64,000 nt of DNA from Methanocellales archaeon (GCA_038850275.1 JAWCLZ010000003.1:28194-92193); one strand, 5' to 3'; shown: positions 48,962-58,611, counted from the stretch's first letter. Numbers and translations are program-made. The notes: generated from the sequence alone by a model not told the origin.

Positions 48962-49546
48962 TCAAGCCCTAGATCTACCTGCGGATTCACCATAGGTAAT
49001 TGCAGTTGCAATTAAATGAGCAACTCTAAGGGGCTCTGGTATTCTACTGCGAGTTGAAGCCAGTTTCACGATTTTCTCTGCATCTTCTGGTTCAATGCCA
49101 GTGCATTGCATATAAACCGGTAGTCCCCTTGGCTGGGTTTTAACTTCATAAATCTTCCCCGCGCGCTTTATAATCGCTAGTCTCAATTTGGGTTTGCTTA
49201 GATTTTGAAGTGCTGCCTCTATCGCAGTATAATCTGGCTTGGAACGCATTACAACTATTACTGGAACTTTGACTTCTTTGAAGACTTTTTTGACATCCAC
49301 AACATTAAAACCAGCTAGGGTAACTCCATTCAGCAATATCACTCTGATTTGAGGATAGTGCTTGGAATTTTTAACCATCATAATTATCTGTCTCGTGGCA
49401 TCTAAGCCATCTCGCTCAACCTCGGCTTTAAGCACGCCATCTAGCCACTTGCCTCCTCTAAATATGGTTCCAATTAAAAAGACTTTTTTTGAAACAAGTG
49501 GAGAATCATCGATGCCTAAAATGCGTATCTCAGGCTTGATATGCAT
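48962..49546 (-). CDS. UPF0215/DUF99-family protein
   Basis: N-terminal ILGIDDSP and the length are typical of DUF99. Confidence 0.55.
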   Translation of the reverse strand: MHIKPEIRILGIDDSPLVSKKVFLIGTIFRGGKWLDGVLKAEVERDGLDATRQIIMMVKNSKHYPQIRVILLNGVTLAGFNVVDVKKVFKEVKVPVIVVMRSKPDYTAIEAALQNLSKPKLRLAIIKRAGKIYEVKTQPRGLPVYMQCTGIEPEDAEKIVKLASTRSRIPEPLRVAHLIATAITYGESAGRSRA

Positions 49547-49824
49547 ATCAATTGGATAAGATTATGGCTAGATTTAAAAGGATATGCATTGAAAGGATAT
49601 TGAAAAGATAATAAGCATTGAAGTATAATTATTTTTGACAGGAATTATTTAACAGGAAGGTTTTTAAAATGAGAATATGGAAAGTGCACTGTATATATTT
49701 CGTGGAAGCGGAGTCTGAGAAAGAAGCTTGGCTGAAAGCTAGAGAATTCGCTGATAAGGTATCCTCCTTGGGAGAGGTGATTAAAATAGAAGATATTGAG
49801 GCAAGTGGAGTTGCCATTGCCTAG

Positions 49825-49857
49825 CTATTGCTTAGTTATTGCTTAGTTATTGCTTAG
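49825..49857. repeat. Tandem repeat, 11 bp x3
   Basis: (C/T)TATTGCTTAG repeated three times directly at the 3' end of rpoL. Confidence 0.6.
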
Positions 49858-50138
49858 CTATCCCTTTGGGTTGCAGTTAAGAATTTCTTTTTAAATTCAT
49901 CCAACTGCTTGCTTACCTGAGAGGCAGCGTCCCTTAAAACCTCAACTGGATCCGAGCCATCTGTTCTCACATAGAGTATTGGATCGCTTATCAATGGATG
50001 TTCAATGTCATAGGTCGCTGCTTCCACTCGTTTATCCTGAAGCAAGGCTGATTTCAGTAGATTTAAAAAGGTATGTCCTTCTCCACCGATTTCAATTTCA
50101 ATTTCCCTCTCAGATTTAGATAAAACTTTTATCTCCAT
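49854..50138 (-). CDS. rpoL: DNA-directed RNA polymerase subunit L (Rpb11 homolog)
   Basis: IEIGGEGHTFLNLLKSALL...ATYDIEHPL. Confidence 0.8.
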   Translation of the reverse strand: MEIKVLSKSEREIEIEIGGEGHTFLNLLKSALLQDKRVEAATYDIEHPLISDPILYVRTDGSDPVEVLRDAASQVSKQLDEFKKKFLTATQRDS

Positions 50139-50165
50139 ATTTATTTCAGCTCCTCAATTTTTCCA

Positions 50166-50252
50166 GATTCTCAATTTTTCAGCTTTAAATTACCGATTCT
50201 CAATTTTTCAGCTTTAAATTACCGATTCTCAATTTTTCAGCTTTAAATTACT
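50166..50252. repeat. Perfect tandem repeat, 29 bp x3
   Basis: GATTCTCAATTTTTCAGCTTTAAATTACC repeats at 50166, 50195 and 50224. It fills the csl4-rpoL spacer and overlaps the last codons of csl4. Confidence 0.9.
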
Positions 50253-50815
50253 CCCAAGCCGTAGTCTTCAGAGATCTTCCTAGTTTCAATACGCTCACAC
50301 CTCGGGCAGATAAGAATATAAGTGTTATTTTTTCGCTTTAGCGAAGCTCTGCATCTAGTGCAATATGCTTTAACAACGCCGAGGTGTCTATCTGCTGTGC
50401 TAAGCCTCATTGTACGCGAGTCGATAACTTTTGCTTTCACTATATCGTTAACTGCAAATTCCTTACTGAGTTCATTCACATAAGAACTTTTCACATTTGA
50501 AATATGTATCGAGCCTTGCGCAATACTTGGTATTTCTCTATCTTCCTTACCCTTGATTCGAGCTATCTCCACAACCGCCATAGAGTTTTTTAAATCAACA
50601 ATTCTCCCCACCACTACATCACCATTTTTAGGAACAGGAGGTACATTTGCGCTCGGGAGCACACTTACCACTCTATCCCTGCGGTTTATTTTGACATAGC
50701 CAATTATACTGGCAAATATACTTCCTTTTTCTTCATAAGTACCCGCACCTGCGATGAATTCTTCAGAAGTGCCTATGAAGTCCCCGGGGATTACGAATTT
50801 ATTTTCCATAGTCAT
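50243..50815 (-). CDS. csl4: Exosome complex RNA-binding subunit Csl4
   Basis: N-terminal domain, S1 domain (GDVVVGRIVDL), and a C-terminal Zn-ribbon CTRC...CPRC. Confidence 0.8.
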   Translation of the reverse strand: MTMENKFVIPGDFIGTSEEFIAGAGTYEEKGSIFASIIGYVKINRRDRVVSVLPSANVPPVPKNGDVVVGRIVDLKNSMAVVEIARIKGKEDREIPSIAQGSIHISNVKSSYVNELSKEFAVNDIVKAKVIDSRTMRLSTADRHLGVVKAYCTRCRASLKRKNNTYILICPRCERIETRKISEDYGLGVI

Positions 50816-51405
50816 CGCCTTTCGAGTCTATATAGCTCCACTTCTATACGCTCGATGTCTCTTTTATGAAATTTAAACGTGCGCTTAAGAGGGAAAAGCA
50901 TTCGCTTGAAATGAGTAATTCTAGCTTTACCCTGAATAAATTCTTCAATGAACTGCTTGCTCCCAGCATTATGAATTGAATACACCACCTTAGCGATTTC
51001 TAACGCTTTATTTAAGAATGGGCGATCGCTTCCCTTTTTTTGAGCGCCAAAGGGAGGATTCATCACAACTGTATCTGCACTCCCTCTCACGTGGGAAACA
51101 TCGCACGCGATAAATTCCACTTCCACGTCAAGCTGCTTTGCATTTTCTCTTGCTATTCTAAGCGCATTTATATCGCTGTCTATACCTATAACTTTTTCTG
51201 CCCCAAGCAATTTTGCTCCTATAGCTAAGATCCCAGTTCCGCATCCAAGATCGTAAACCACTCCTTTTAAATCTCCCTGCATATATGCAAAATGTAAGAG
51301 CTCAGCAGCGATTGAAGCTGGTGTGAAATACTGCTCCATCTCAACTTTTGCATCTGGGAAGCCCTTTACCCTCTCCAAGAGTATTTCAAGTTGCTTTTGC
51401 TTCAT
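50812..51405 (-). CDS. SAM-dependent methyltransferase (N6-adenine/UPF0020-like; NPPFG)
   Basis: VYDLGCGTGIL and NPPFG motifs. Confidence 0.7.
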   Translation of the reverse strand: MKQKQLEILLERVKGFPDAKVEMEQYFTPASIAAELLHFAYMQGDLKGVVYDLGCGTGILAIGAKLLGAEKVIGIDSDINALRIARENAKQLDVEVEFIACDVSHVRGSADTVVMNPPFGAQKKGSDRPFLNKALEIAKVVYSIHNAGSKQFIEEFIQGKARITHFKRMLFPLKRTFKFHKRDIERIEVELYRLERR

Positions 51406-51438
51406 TTACAAATTAAAAATCTCCACACAACTATTTGT

Positions 51439-51996
51439 TTATTTTCTCCTCTTCGCTAAGTCGCAGTAATATTTAAGCATGGAGCTGTGCTCAATCATCG
51501 AGGTGAAAACATAGGCTTCCTCAAGGGTTTTGCCGGCTGCAAAAGTACCATGCCCCTTAACTATAACGCCTTTATGTTCTTTCAGCGCAAGGCTCACGCT
51601 TTTCGCTAGCTCTTTAGAGCCCATGGGTCCTGAGACGATTGGTATTCTATAGAGGAAGTACTGCCCTTCAGTATCCAAGGGTTCCAAGTATTTCCTCCTA
51701 AGAAGTAGAGATTCTATGACTGCATATGGAGAATGAGCGTGTATTATCGCGAGTGCAGAAGTTTGCTTGTATATCTCGCGATGTACAATTGTTTCAGTCG
51801 ATGCTATTAAGTCGAAACTGGTAGGCCTTTCAATCTCCACTTCCACTATTGAATTCTTATCAAGCTCATCTAACTTAGCGCCTGTTCTAGTTATTAAAAT
51901 TTTATTTCCCACGCGAGTGCTTATGTTGCCGAAGTGGCCGCTAACTAAGCCTCTTTCCACAAGTATTTTTCCATATTTTGCTATTTCATGCCACAT
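51439..51996 (-). CDS. Class II aldolase/adducin-family protein
   Basis: Zn-binding pattern HAHSPYA and a FucA-like fold. Confidence 0.7.
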   Translation of the reverse strand: MWHEIAKYGKILVERGLVSGHFGNISTRVGNKILITRTGAKLDELDKNSIVEVEIERPTSFDLIASTETIVHREIYKQTSALAIIHAHSPYAVIESLLLRRKYLEPLDTEGQYFLYRIPIVSGPMGSKELAKSVSLALKEHKGVIVKGHGTFAAGKTLEEAYVFTSMIEHSSMLKYYCDLAKRRK

Positions 51997-53711
51997 TTCT
52001 CAGCCTCGCTTTGAAGTTGAAGTGCTTTAAGCTTATTCAACAGCGGCACTCCTTCAGCACTCCAGCCTCGAATTTCATAGTATTCTCTCAATGCGAGTTC
52101 AAATTCTTTTCTACTCAATCCATCGCTGAAGAATCTCTCAGGCAATTTATCATCTTTACACGTGAAACCTTCTCGAATATTAAAAAGCCGCTCCAGATTC
52201 CAAATTCTCTCCCCAGTTGTAAGTAAATCTTGAGAGGTTATTTCCTCTCCAACTGCAGCGCTCAAAAGGTCAGCATATTCCTCTTCAGTTAATGCTAGAG
52301 ATGAAAATCTGCAGAGTATTAGAGAATCAACTGCAGCTGATAAATTCTGAATCAGCGCCACTAGCGCGGGCTTTCCAGTGAAGGTATTGCGATCTATGAG
52401 CTTTGGCTTGCCGAGGATTTCCATAGCAACCATATAAGCTCGAAGATGGCAAGCACCACGGTTGGAAGTGGCATATGCAAGTGCCTGTCCACATAAACCT
52501 CTAGGGTCATAAGCAGGTATCTCAAGTGCTTTAACAGTCATGCTTGCCTCGGGTTTCTCTTTTGCTCTGCAATAGGCAAGGGATCCTTCGCTCAACATTT
52601 CTCCAACTCCTTTTTTCTCAGCCACTTTTTTCACGAGTTCCCCAAGATTTTTAATCTCGCTGTTATTCAACTCGGCATAGCTCGCTAATGTTGCTCCAGT
52701 GGAAATTGTATCAATTCCATAGTCATTGCAGAGTTCATTCACTTCTATGATTTTTCTTATATCATGATTATTGAGATTGGCGCCAAATGCCCAAATTGTT
52801 TCATATTCAGGTATAGAGAGATTTGAATTCTTAATAACTCTTTTACAGCCAATTGCACATTTAGCGCATGATTTTCTTTCAAGTTCAAAGTTCTCCTTGA
52901 TATATTCACCTGATATTTCTTCAGCGCGTGTGAACCCTCTTTCGCGGAAGTTATTAGCAGGTAGAATTCGCATGTGATTCATTAAATTCACAAGTGCTGG
53001 GGTGCCGTATTCAGCTAGACCCTTGGTTAATGCTTGACTCGCCTTGATTAAGCGTAGCGCTTGGGCTTCAGCGTGGCGGTATTTCTTTTCATTCATAGGT
53101 TTTAAAGATAAATCTATTGAGCTATTCACAATTATTGCTTTAAGTTTTTTAGACCCCATAACCGCACCTAAGCCTCCTCTCCCGCAAGCGTGGTTTCCAT
53201 CGTTGATTATATTAGCAAGTTTGATCAACTTTTCCCCTGCTCTACCAATGCAGGCAACTCGACCTTTTTTCGATAAAATATTAATAGTTTCTTTAACATT
53301 TAGCCCCCAGAGTTTGCTTCCATCTTTTATATCTATATCTTCATTGTGAATCTCAATATAAACTGGTGAATCTGCCATTCCTTTGAATATCAATGAGGCA
53401 TAGCCACAGTGCTTTAATTCTACGCCGAAGAAGCCCCCCGCACTGGAGTCAAAAATCGTATTGGTGAGTGGGGATTTTGAAATCACAGCGTGCCTACCTG
53501 ACATGGGTGCTATACCTGTTAACGGGCCAACTGTGAAGATGATTGCATTTTCAGCTGAAAGTGGATCTATAGCTGGTGGTATGGAATCAAATAATAGCTT
53601 CACCCCTAGCCCTCGCCCGCCTAGGTAGTTTTTAGCGAGTTTTTTATCTAGATTTTTTACCTTGATTTTCCCATTGCTTAAATCTATATCTGCAATTTTA
53701 GCTTCCCACAT
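51981..53711 (-). CDS. aor: Tungsten-containing aldehyde:ferredoxin oxidoreductase
   Basis: N-terminal domain with LGGRGLG, 576 aa, AOR-family middle and C-terminal domains. Confidence 0.85.
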   Translation of the reverse strand: MWEAKIADIDLSNGKIKVKNLDKKLAKNYLGGRGLGVKLLFDSIPPAIDPLSAENAIIFTVGPLTGIAPMSGRHAVISKSPLTNTIFDSSAGGFFGVELKHCGYASLIFKGMADSPVYIEIHNEDIDIKDGSKLWGLNVKETINILSKKGRVACIGRAGEKLIKLANIINDGNHACGRGGLGAVMGSKKLKAIIVNSSIDLSLKPMNEKKYRHAEAQALRLIKASQALTKGLAEYGTPALVNLMNHMRILPANNFRERGFTRAEEISGEYIKENFELERKSCAKCAIGCKRVIKNSNLSIPEYETIWAFGANLNNHDIRKIIEVNELCNDYGIDTISTGATLASYAELNNSEIKNLGELVKKVAEKKGVGEMLSEGSLAYCRAKEKPEASMTVKALEIPAYDPRGLCGQALAYATSNRGACHLRAYMVAMEILGKPKLIDRNTFTGKPALVALIQNLSAAVDSLILCRFSSLALTEEEYADLLSAAVGEEITSQDLLTTGERIWNLERLFNIREGFTCKDDKLPERFFSDGLSRKEFELALREYYEIRGWSAEGVPLLNKLKALQLQSEAEKCGMK

Positions 53712-53900
53712 TACTTCATCATATATTCAATTCTTCTTTTAACATTTCTCTATAAAATAGATGTGAATCTAGCGCAAAAATAATATTTTCAAAAGATATA
53801 TTAGTGAATGTAAACTATTTCTCTGAAATATTCTTAAATTATCCTTATTTTTAGAAAGATTTAAATAGAAAAAGAGATAATATATTCACGTGTTCACTAA

Positions 53901-53954
53901 AACGGCGTTGGGGATGGATGTGCAGTACAGGATAACGGCATATGGGGATGGATG
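53901..53954 (+). promoter_or_regulatory. Direct repeat pair upstream of a wHTH gene (putative operator)
   Basis: AACGGCGTTGGGGATGGATG (53901-53920) and AACGGCATATGGGGATGGATG (53934-53954) are separated by 13 nt. This region is unusually G-rich for the locus. Confidence 0.3.
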
Positions 53955-53979
53955 ATTGTGCGTGGAGAGTAAGAGTAAG

Positions 53980-54432
53980 ATGAAGATCCAGCTCCAGATC
54001 GAGGATGAAAGCGGTGAAAAAACCAAGATAATAACCTCCAGCAGTAAAATAGCCAAGAAAATTATTGAAGCCCTCGAAGCAATGGAGATCGGATCTTCAT
54101 CGAAACCACTCTCCAAACCCGCTCCTATTTTTTCTAGAAAACGCATGTTAACGCCTGAGATAAAAGAACTTACAAAAGAAACCCTCACTTTAAAAGAGCG
54201 ATTGCAGGGATTCATCAAATATGAATATCCTAGAGTCTGGTTTAAATCCCTAGATTTGAAAAAGAGCTTTGAGGAAACTTTTGATACCCAGATAAGTTTA
54301 AGTACAATCTCAGAATACCTCGCAAGGATGCATCGAGAAGGCTTGTTGGAGAGAAGAGGAAATCGAACTCAATGGGAGTATAAACTAGTGGAGAAAAACC
54401 AAGAGGCGAGGATTACTCAAGCAACGCAGTGA
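53980..54432 (+). CDS. Winged-helix DNA-binding protein
   Basis: C-terminal wHTH (LSTISEYLARMHREGLLERRGNRTQWEYKL). ATG at 53980 is preferred over the upstream TTG. Confidence 0.45.
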   Translation: MKIQLQIEDESGEKTKIITSSSKIAKKIIEALEAMEIGSSSKPLSKPAPIFSRKRMLTPEIKELTKETLTLKERLQGFIKYEYPRVWFKSLDLKKSFEETFDTQISLSTISEYLARMHREGLLERRGNRTQWEYKLVEKNQEARITQATQ

Positions 54433-54619
54433 ATGAATAAAAGCGTGAATCTTTTTTCACCTATTCATAAGATTTCAAAGGCTGCTTCAAAGGCTGCTTC
54501 GACTTAATCCCAGAATAACTAAGCTTGAGCGACTGAGAATTTGAGAAGTCCATATCCCAATGGATAAAGTCCATATCCAAAGAATAATAAGACATTATCA
54601 ATATGTTAAAGGTGGGAAT

Positions 54620-55633
54620 ATGAGAGAGGCATTGCTTTATGAAAAACTAGGAGATGGGAGGGTTAAATGCCACTTATGCAATCACTACTGCACAATCTCA
54701 CCTGGGAAACGCGGTATATGCGCGGTTAGAGAAAATAGAGATGGCACGTTGTATTCCCTTGTGTATGGCAAAGTTATTGCAGCGCATATAGATCCAATTG
54801 AGAAAAAACCCCTCTTCCATTTTTATCCAGGCTCTAAATCTTATTCCATTGCAACTGTTGGGTGTAACTTCAAATGTGACCACTGCCAGAACTATGAGAT
54901 ATCTCAATATCCAAAGGAATACTATCCTGATATCCCAGGAGTTGAGATGACGCCTGAGCAAGTAGTTAAGGAGGCAAAGAGAGCTCGCTGCATAAGCATA
55001 TCCTATACTTATACTGAGCCAACGGTTTTCTTCGAATTTGCATATGACTGCGCTAAGCTCGCGCGCGAAAATGGAATTAAAAATGTTTTCGTCAGCAATG
55101 GATACACAAGCCCTGAGGCAACTAAGCTCATTGCGCCTTACTTAGATGCAAATAACATCGATTTAAAAGGGGATGAGGATTTCTATAGAAAGGTTTCAGG
55201 GGCAAGGCTTCAGCCTGTGCTTGATACAATTAAATTGATGAAAGAACTTGGAGTTTGGGTTGAGGTAACCACGCTTGTAATTCCAAATTACAATGACTCC
55301 GAGGATTTTTTGCGATGGGCAGCTGAATTCATTAAATCCATAGATCCCTCGATTCCATGGCACGTGACTCAATTCTATCCAACTTATAAATTACTTGATC
55401 AGCCTAGAACGCCTATTAGCACGCTCAGGAAAGCGAGGGAAATAGGTTTAAAAGTAGGGCTAGAGTATGTCTATGAAGGCAATGTGCCTGGAGAGGGAGG
55501 GGAGAATACTTATTGCCATAACTGCGGGGAATTGCTCATTGAGCGATTTGGATATCTTTTAACCAAGATAAGGATGAAGCACTCCACGTGCATTAAATGC
55601 GGCGCGAAGATAGCTGGCGTGGGGATGCCTTAA
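54620..55633 (+). CDS. AmmeMemoRadiSam-system radical SAM enzyme
   Basis: N-terminal Cys-rich segment CHLCNHYC...CAVR, radical SAM motif GCNFKCDHCQNY, and a C-terminal CHNCG...CIKCG motif. Confidence 0.8.
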   Translation: MREALLYEKLGDGRVKCHLCNHYCTISPGKRGICAVRENRDGTLYSLVYGKVIAAHIDPIEKKPLFHFYPGSKSYSIATVGCNFKCDHCQNYEISQYPKEYYPDIPGVEMTPEQVVKEAKRARCISISYTYTEPTVFFEFAYDCAKLARENGIKNVFVSNGYTSPEATKLIAPYLDANNIDLKGDEDFYRKVSGARLQPVLDTIKLMKELGVWVEVTTLVIPNYNDSEDFLRWAAEFIKSIDPSIPWHVTQFYPTYKLLDQPRTPISTLRKAREIGLKVGLEYVYEGNVPGEGGENTYCHNCGELLIERFGYLLTKIRMKHSTCIKCGAKIAGVGMP

Positions 55634-55648
55634 GATCAATGGTTAGTT

Positions 55649-57739
55649 TTAAAAATGGCACTCCCAAGCTGGGCAGCCGCCTGAGTACTCTGACGCAGCG
55701 CTTACGTGCTCTTCGCCAGGGATTGAGCCTATGTATAATACTTGAGTTTTTTTACTTCCATATCTATAAACAGTTATTCCCTTGCATCGCAGTTTATAAG
55801 CGAGCATGAAAACCTCGCGCACATCCTCTATGGTTGCATCGTGGGGGAGATTCACAGTTTTAGCAACGGCGTTATCCACGTATTTTTGAAATGCAGCTTG
55901 CATTTTAACGTGCCACTCAGGGGCTATATCTAGAGCTGTGACGAATATTCTGCGAATATCCAATGGAATGCTCTCGATCTGCTGAATGCTTCCTCTTTTA
56001 GCGACCTCCAGCATTAATTCTTCGCTATAGAATCCTCTTTTCATCGCTATTTCTTCGAAATATGGATTCACTTCAATTAAGCGAGTGCCCTCCATTACAT
56101 CGCGTATGTATGAAACTGCAAATAGAGGCTCAATCCCACTGCTTGCACCTGCGATTATTGAAATTGTACCAGTGGGTGCAATGGTTGTAAGCGTTGCATT
56201 TCTAATTGCAGTGTATCCCTTTTTATCCCAGATGCTGCCCTTAAAATTTGGGAAAGAGCCTCTCTCCTCAGCGATTTCAATGGATTTTTTAATTGCCTCC
56301 TCGCTTATGAATTTCATTATTTTCTCCGCTATCTCAATGGCTTCATTTGAATCATATGGTACCTTAAGTTGAATCAGCATATCAGCAAACCCCATTACCC
56401 CCAAGCCGATCTTTCTATTTGCCTTGGTAATTTGCTCGATCTCTGGCATTGGGAATTTATTTGCATCTATCACATTATCCAAAAAATGTACCCCTAGTCT
56501 AACTATTCTACGGAGTTTCTCCCAGTCTATCTCTCCATTTCTAACCATCTTAGCAAGATTAATGGAGCCTAAATTGCAGGATTCATATGGCAATAGGGGT
56601 AATTCACCGCATGGATTAGTGCTTTCAATCTCACCAAGCTGTGGGGTTGGATTATGGCGATTAATTTCATCGAGGAATATAATTCCTGGGTCGCCAGTTC
56701 GCCAAGCCATTGTTATGATTAAGTCAAAAACATCTCTAGCGCTTAGTTTTTTAACAACTTGTTTATTCCTTGGGTTTATCAATTCATATTCCTTGTTCTT
56801 TTCAACTGCTTGCATGAAGCTATCAGTTACTCCCACTGAGAGGTTGAAGTTGCTTAGTGCTCTTTCATCTTGCTTTGCAGCTATGAACTCCAAGATATCT
56901 GGGTGGTCAACGCGAAGCACGCCCATATTCGCTCCTCTTCTCCTCCCACCTTGCTTTACCACTTCAGTTGCCACGTCGAATACTCGCATGAATGAAACAG
57001 GTCCAGAGGCAACTCCCATTGTTGAGCCAACTATATCTCCCTTAGGCCTTAGTTTAGAGAATGAGAAACCAGTTCCTCCCCCTGATTTATGGATTAATGC
57101 CATGTATTTAACTGCATCAAATATGGCATCCAAGGAATCTTCCACTGGAAGTACAAAGCAAGCTGAAAGCTGCCCTATTTGAGTACCAGCATTCATTAGC
57201 GTTGGGGAGTTAGGTAGAAATTCAAGGTTCACCATTGCACGATAGAATTGCTCCCTAGTTTCTTCAACTTCATCTTTACTTCGATATTTTAAATCAACCT
57301 CTGCAATTGCCCTTGCTACTCTCGCGAACATTCCACTAGTGCTCTCTATTATTTTACCAGTTTCATCCCTCAATAGATAGCGCTGCTTGAGCACTCTAAC
57401 TGCATTTACCGATAATTTAAGTTCATCAACTACTCCTAAAAATTGCTTTATTCTTCGAATTTCAGCTCTCTTCTTACGATAGAGTATATAAGCCTTGGCT
57501 GCATCTGCATATCCATGTTTTATCAATGTTTTTTCCACCAAATCTTGAACATCTTCAACATTAGGTATGGCTTCTGGAAAATGCTCATCCAAAGTGGAAA
57601 CAACTTCCCTAGCGAGGCGCTCTGCTGCTTCCCGGTCAGGCTTGTTGATCGCTACGGTTGCCTTATAGATTGCATTTGCAATTTTTTCTATTTCAAATGG
57701 AACAATTTTTCCATCGCGTTTCCGAATTTTAACAGGCAT
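55649..57739 (-). CDS. nrdJ: Ribonucleotide reductase large subunit with an ATP-cone, probably class II (B12-dependent)
   Basis: ATP cone (KIRKRDGKIVPFEIEKIANAIYKA), active-site NPCGE...CNLGS, and a C-terminal Cys pair. A class I alpha subunit cannot be excluded from the sequence alone. Confidence 0.75.
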   Translation of the reverse strand: MPVKIRKRDGKIVPFEIEKIANAIYKATVAINKPDREAAERLAREVVSTLDEHFPEAIPNVEDVQDLVEKTLIKHGYADAAKAYILYRKKRAEIRRIKQFLGVVDELKLSVNAVRVLKQRYLLRDETGKIIESTSGMFARVARAIAEVDLKYRSKDEVEETREQFYRAMVNLEFLPNSPTLMNAGTQIGQLSACFVLPVEDSLDAIFDAVKYMALIHKSGGGTGFSFSKLRPKGDIVGSTMGVASGPVSFMRVFDVATEVVKQGGRRRGANMGVLRVDHPDILEFIAAKQDERALSNFNLSVGVTDSFMQAVEKNKEYELINPRNKQVVKKLSARDVFDLIITMAWRTGDPGIIFLDEINRHNPTPQLGEIESTNPCGELPLLPYESCNLGSINLAKMVRNGEIDWEKLRRIVRLGVHFLDNVIDANKFPMPEIEQITKANRKIGLGVMGFADMLIQLKVPYDSNEAIEIAEKIMKFISEEAIKKSIEIAEERGSFPNFKGSIWDKKGYTAIRNATLTTIAPTGTISIIAGASSGIEPLFAVSYIRDVMEGTRLIEVNPYFEEIAMKRGFYSEELMLEVAKRGSIQQIESIPLDIRRIFVTALDIAPEWHVKMQAAFQKYVDNAVAKTVNLPHDATIEDVREVFMLAYKLRCKGITVYRYGSKKTQVLYIGSIPGEEHVSAASEYSGGCPAWECHF

Positions 57740-57780
57740 TAATTCCTATATCACTTGTTTGCGTGATATATTTTTCTGCA

Positions 57781-58611
57781 TTAAATTGGGGAAATTATCC
57801 TTCTGAAATTAGAGAGAATTTTACGCTCATAAACTTCCACATTCAGTTTTCCATTTAAAAAAAGCTCATCAGTGGTGTAGAAGAGCTTGACACATTCCCA
57901 GATCAAGTTGAAATCCTGTTTTAATTTATTTGCATATTTCATCAATTCACTTGCTGGCTTTGGATCTATAAGTTTTTTCATCAATTTCACTTCCTTTGCA
58001 ACAGGTACTTTTTTAACTCCGCTGAATGGATTTAGATATTTATTCAATGCATAGTCTATGAAGTAAGATTTCAAGCTGCATTCCTCGCATTTGCTTGAAA
58101 TACCGTGTGGGCAGATGCATAGCTTTGGCAAGCCATAGCTGTTACTCAAGCGCTTTTCAAGCATGAGATCTAAACCAGCGAGGGCAAGAGCTTTCCACCT
58201 CAGCTCTAGCGGTATTGCCTCGATTTGCTCAAAAAGCGCTTTAAATGTCAAATTGCAATGCTGTTTAACCATTTCTGCTTCTTCTTCAGCCAACTTTTTT
58301 TCACGCATTCTCCTTTCAATATGACTATGAAGCTGGTCATAGACTAATGCAAGTGCATCTTTATAAGTACGTGCGTACCACTCCTTCCCCCCTCTGGTTT
58401 TACGTGATATTTCAAGGAATTCCTTTTCCAGTAGCCTTGAGATTATATATCGAACTGTGCCATAGGATATGCCAAGCCTGCTTTGAATTTCCTTACAGCA
58501 TTTAAGCTCAAAGCTCGCTTGCTCAAGAATGCTTTCATATTGAAAGGGTTTTATCTCACTCCTCCCGCTGTAAATTTCGTATATGAAATGGGCAAGCTCC
58601 ATAAAATCCAT
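57781..58611 (-). CDS. HTH-domain protein with a central Cys cluster (CICPHG...CEEC), putative regulator upstream of nrdJ
   Basis: N-terminal wHTH-like segment (LGISYGTVRYIISRLLEKEFLEISRKTRGGKEWYART). Confidence 0.4.
   Translation of the reverse strand: MDFMELAHFIYEIYSGRSEIKPFQYESILEQASFELKCCKEIQSRLGISYGTVRYIISRLLEKEFLEISRKTRGGKEWYARTYKDALALVYDQLHSHIERRMREKKLAEEEAEMVKQHCNLTFKALFEQIEAIPLELRWKALALAGLDLMLEKRLSNSYGLPKLCICPHGISSKCEECSLKSYFIDYALNKYLNPFSGVKKVPVAKEVKLMKKLIDPKPASELMKYANKLKQDFNLIWECVKLFYTTDELFLNGKLNVEVYERKILSNFRRIISPI

Noticed and set aside
49670-49825. 51-aa plus-strand ORF (MRIWKVHCIYFVEAESEKEAWLKAREFADKVSSLGEVIKIEDIEASGVAIA) in the DUF99-rpoL spacer.
   Set aside because: No recognisable motif or RBS. 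Kept only as a note, with too little support to list as a feature.
53886-54218. 110-aa minus-strand ORF.
   Set aside because: It overlaps the G-rich direct repeats and the wHTH gene on the plus strand. The hydrophobic low-complexity translation is likely spurious.
56424-57182. 252-aa plus-strand ORF. Similar long antisense ORFs at 59015-59605, 22031-22465 and 15584-15919.
   Set aside because: They lie entirely inside well-supported minus-strand genes (RNR, ALDH, Usp, RNase J), with low-complexity S/L/P-rich composition.
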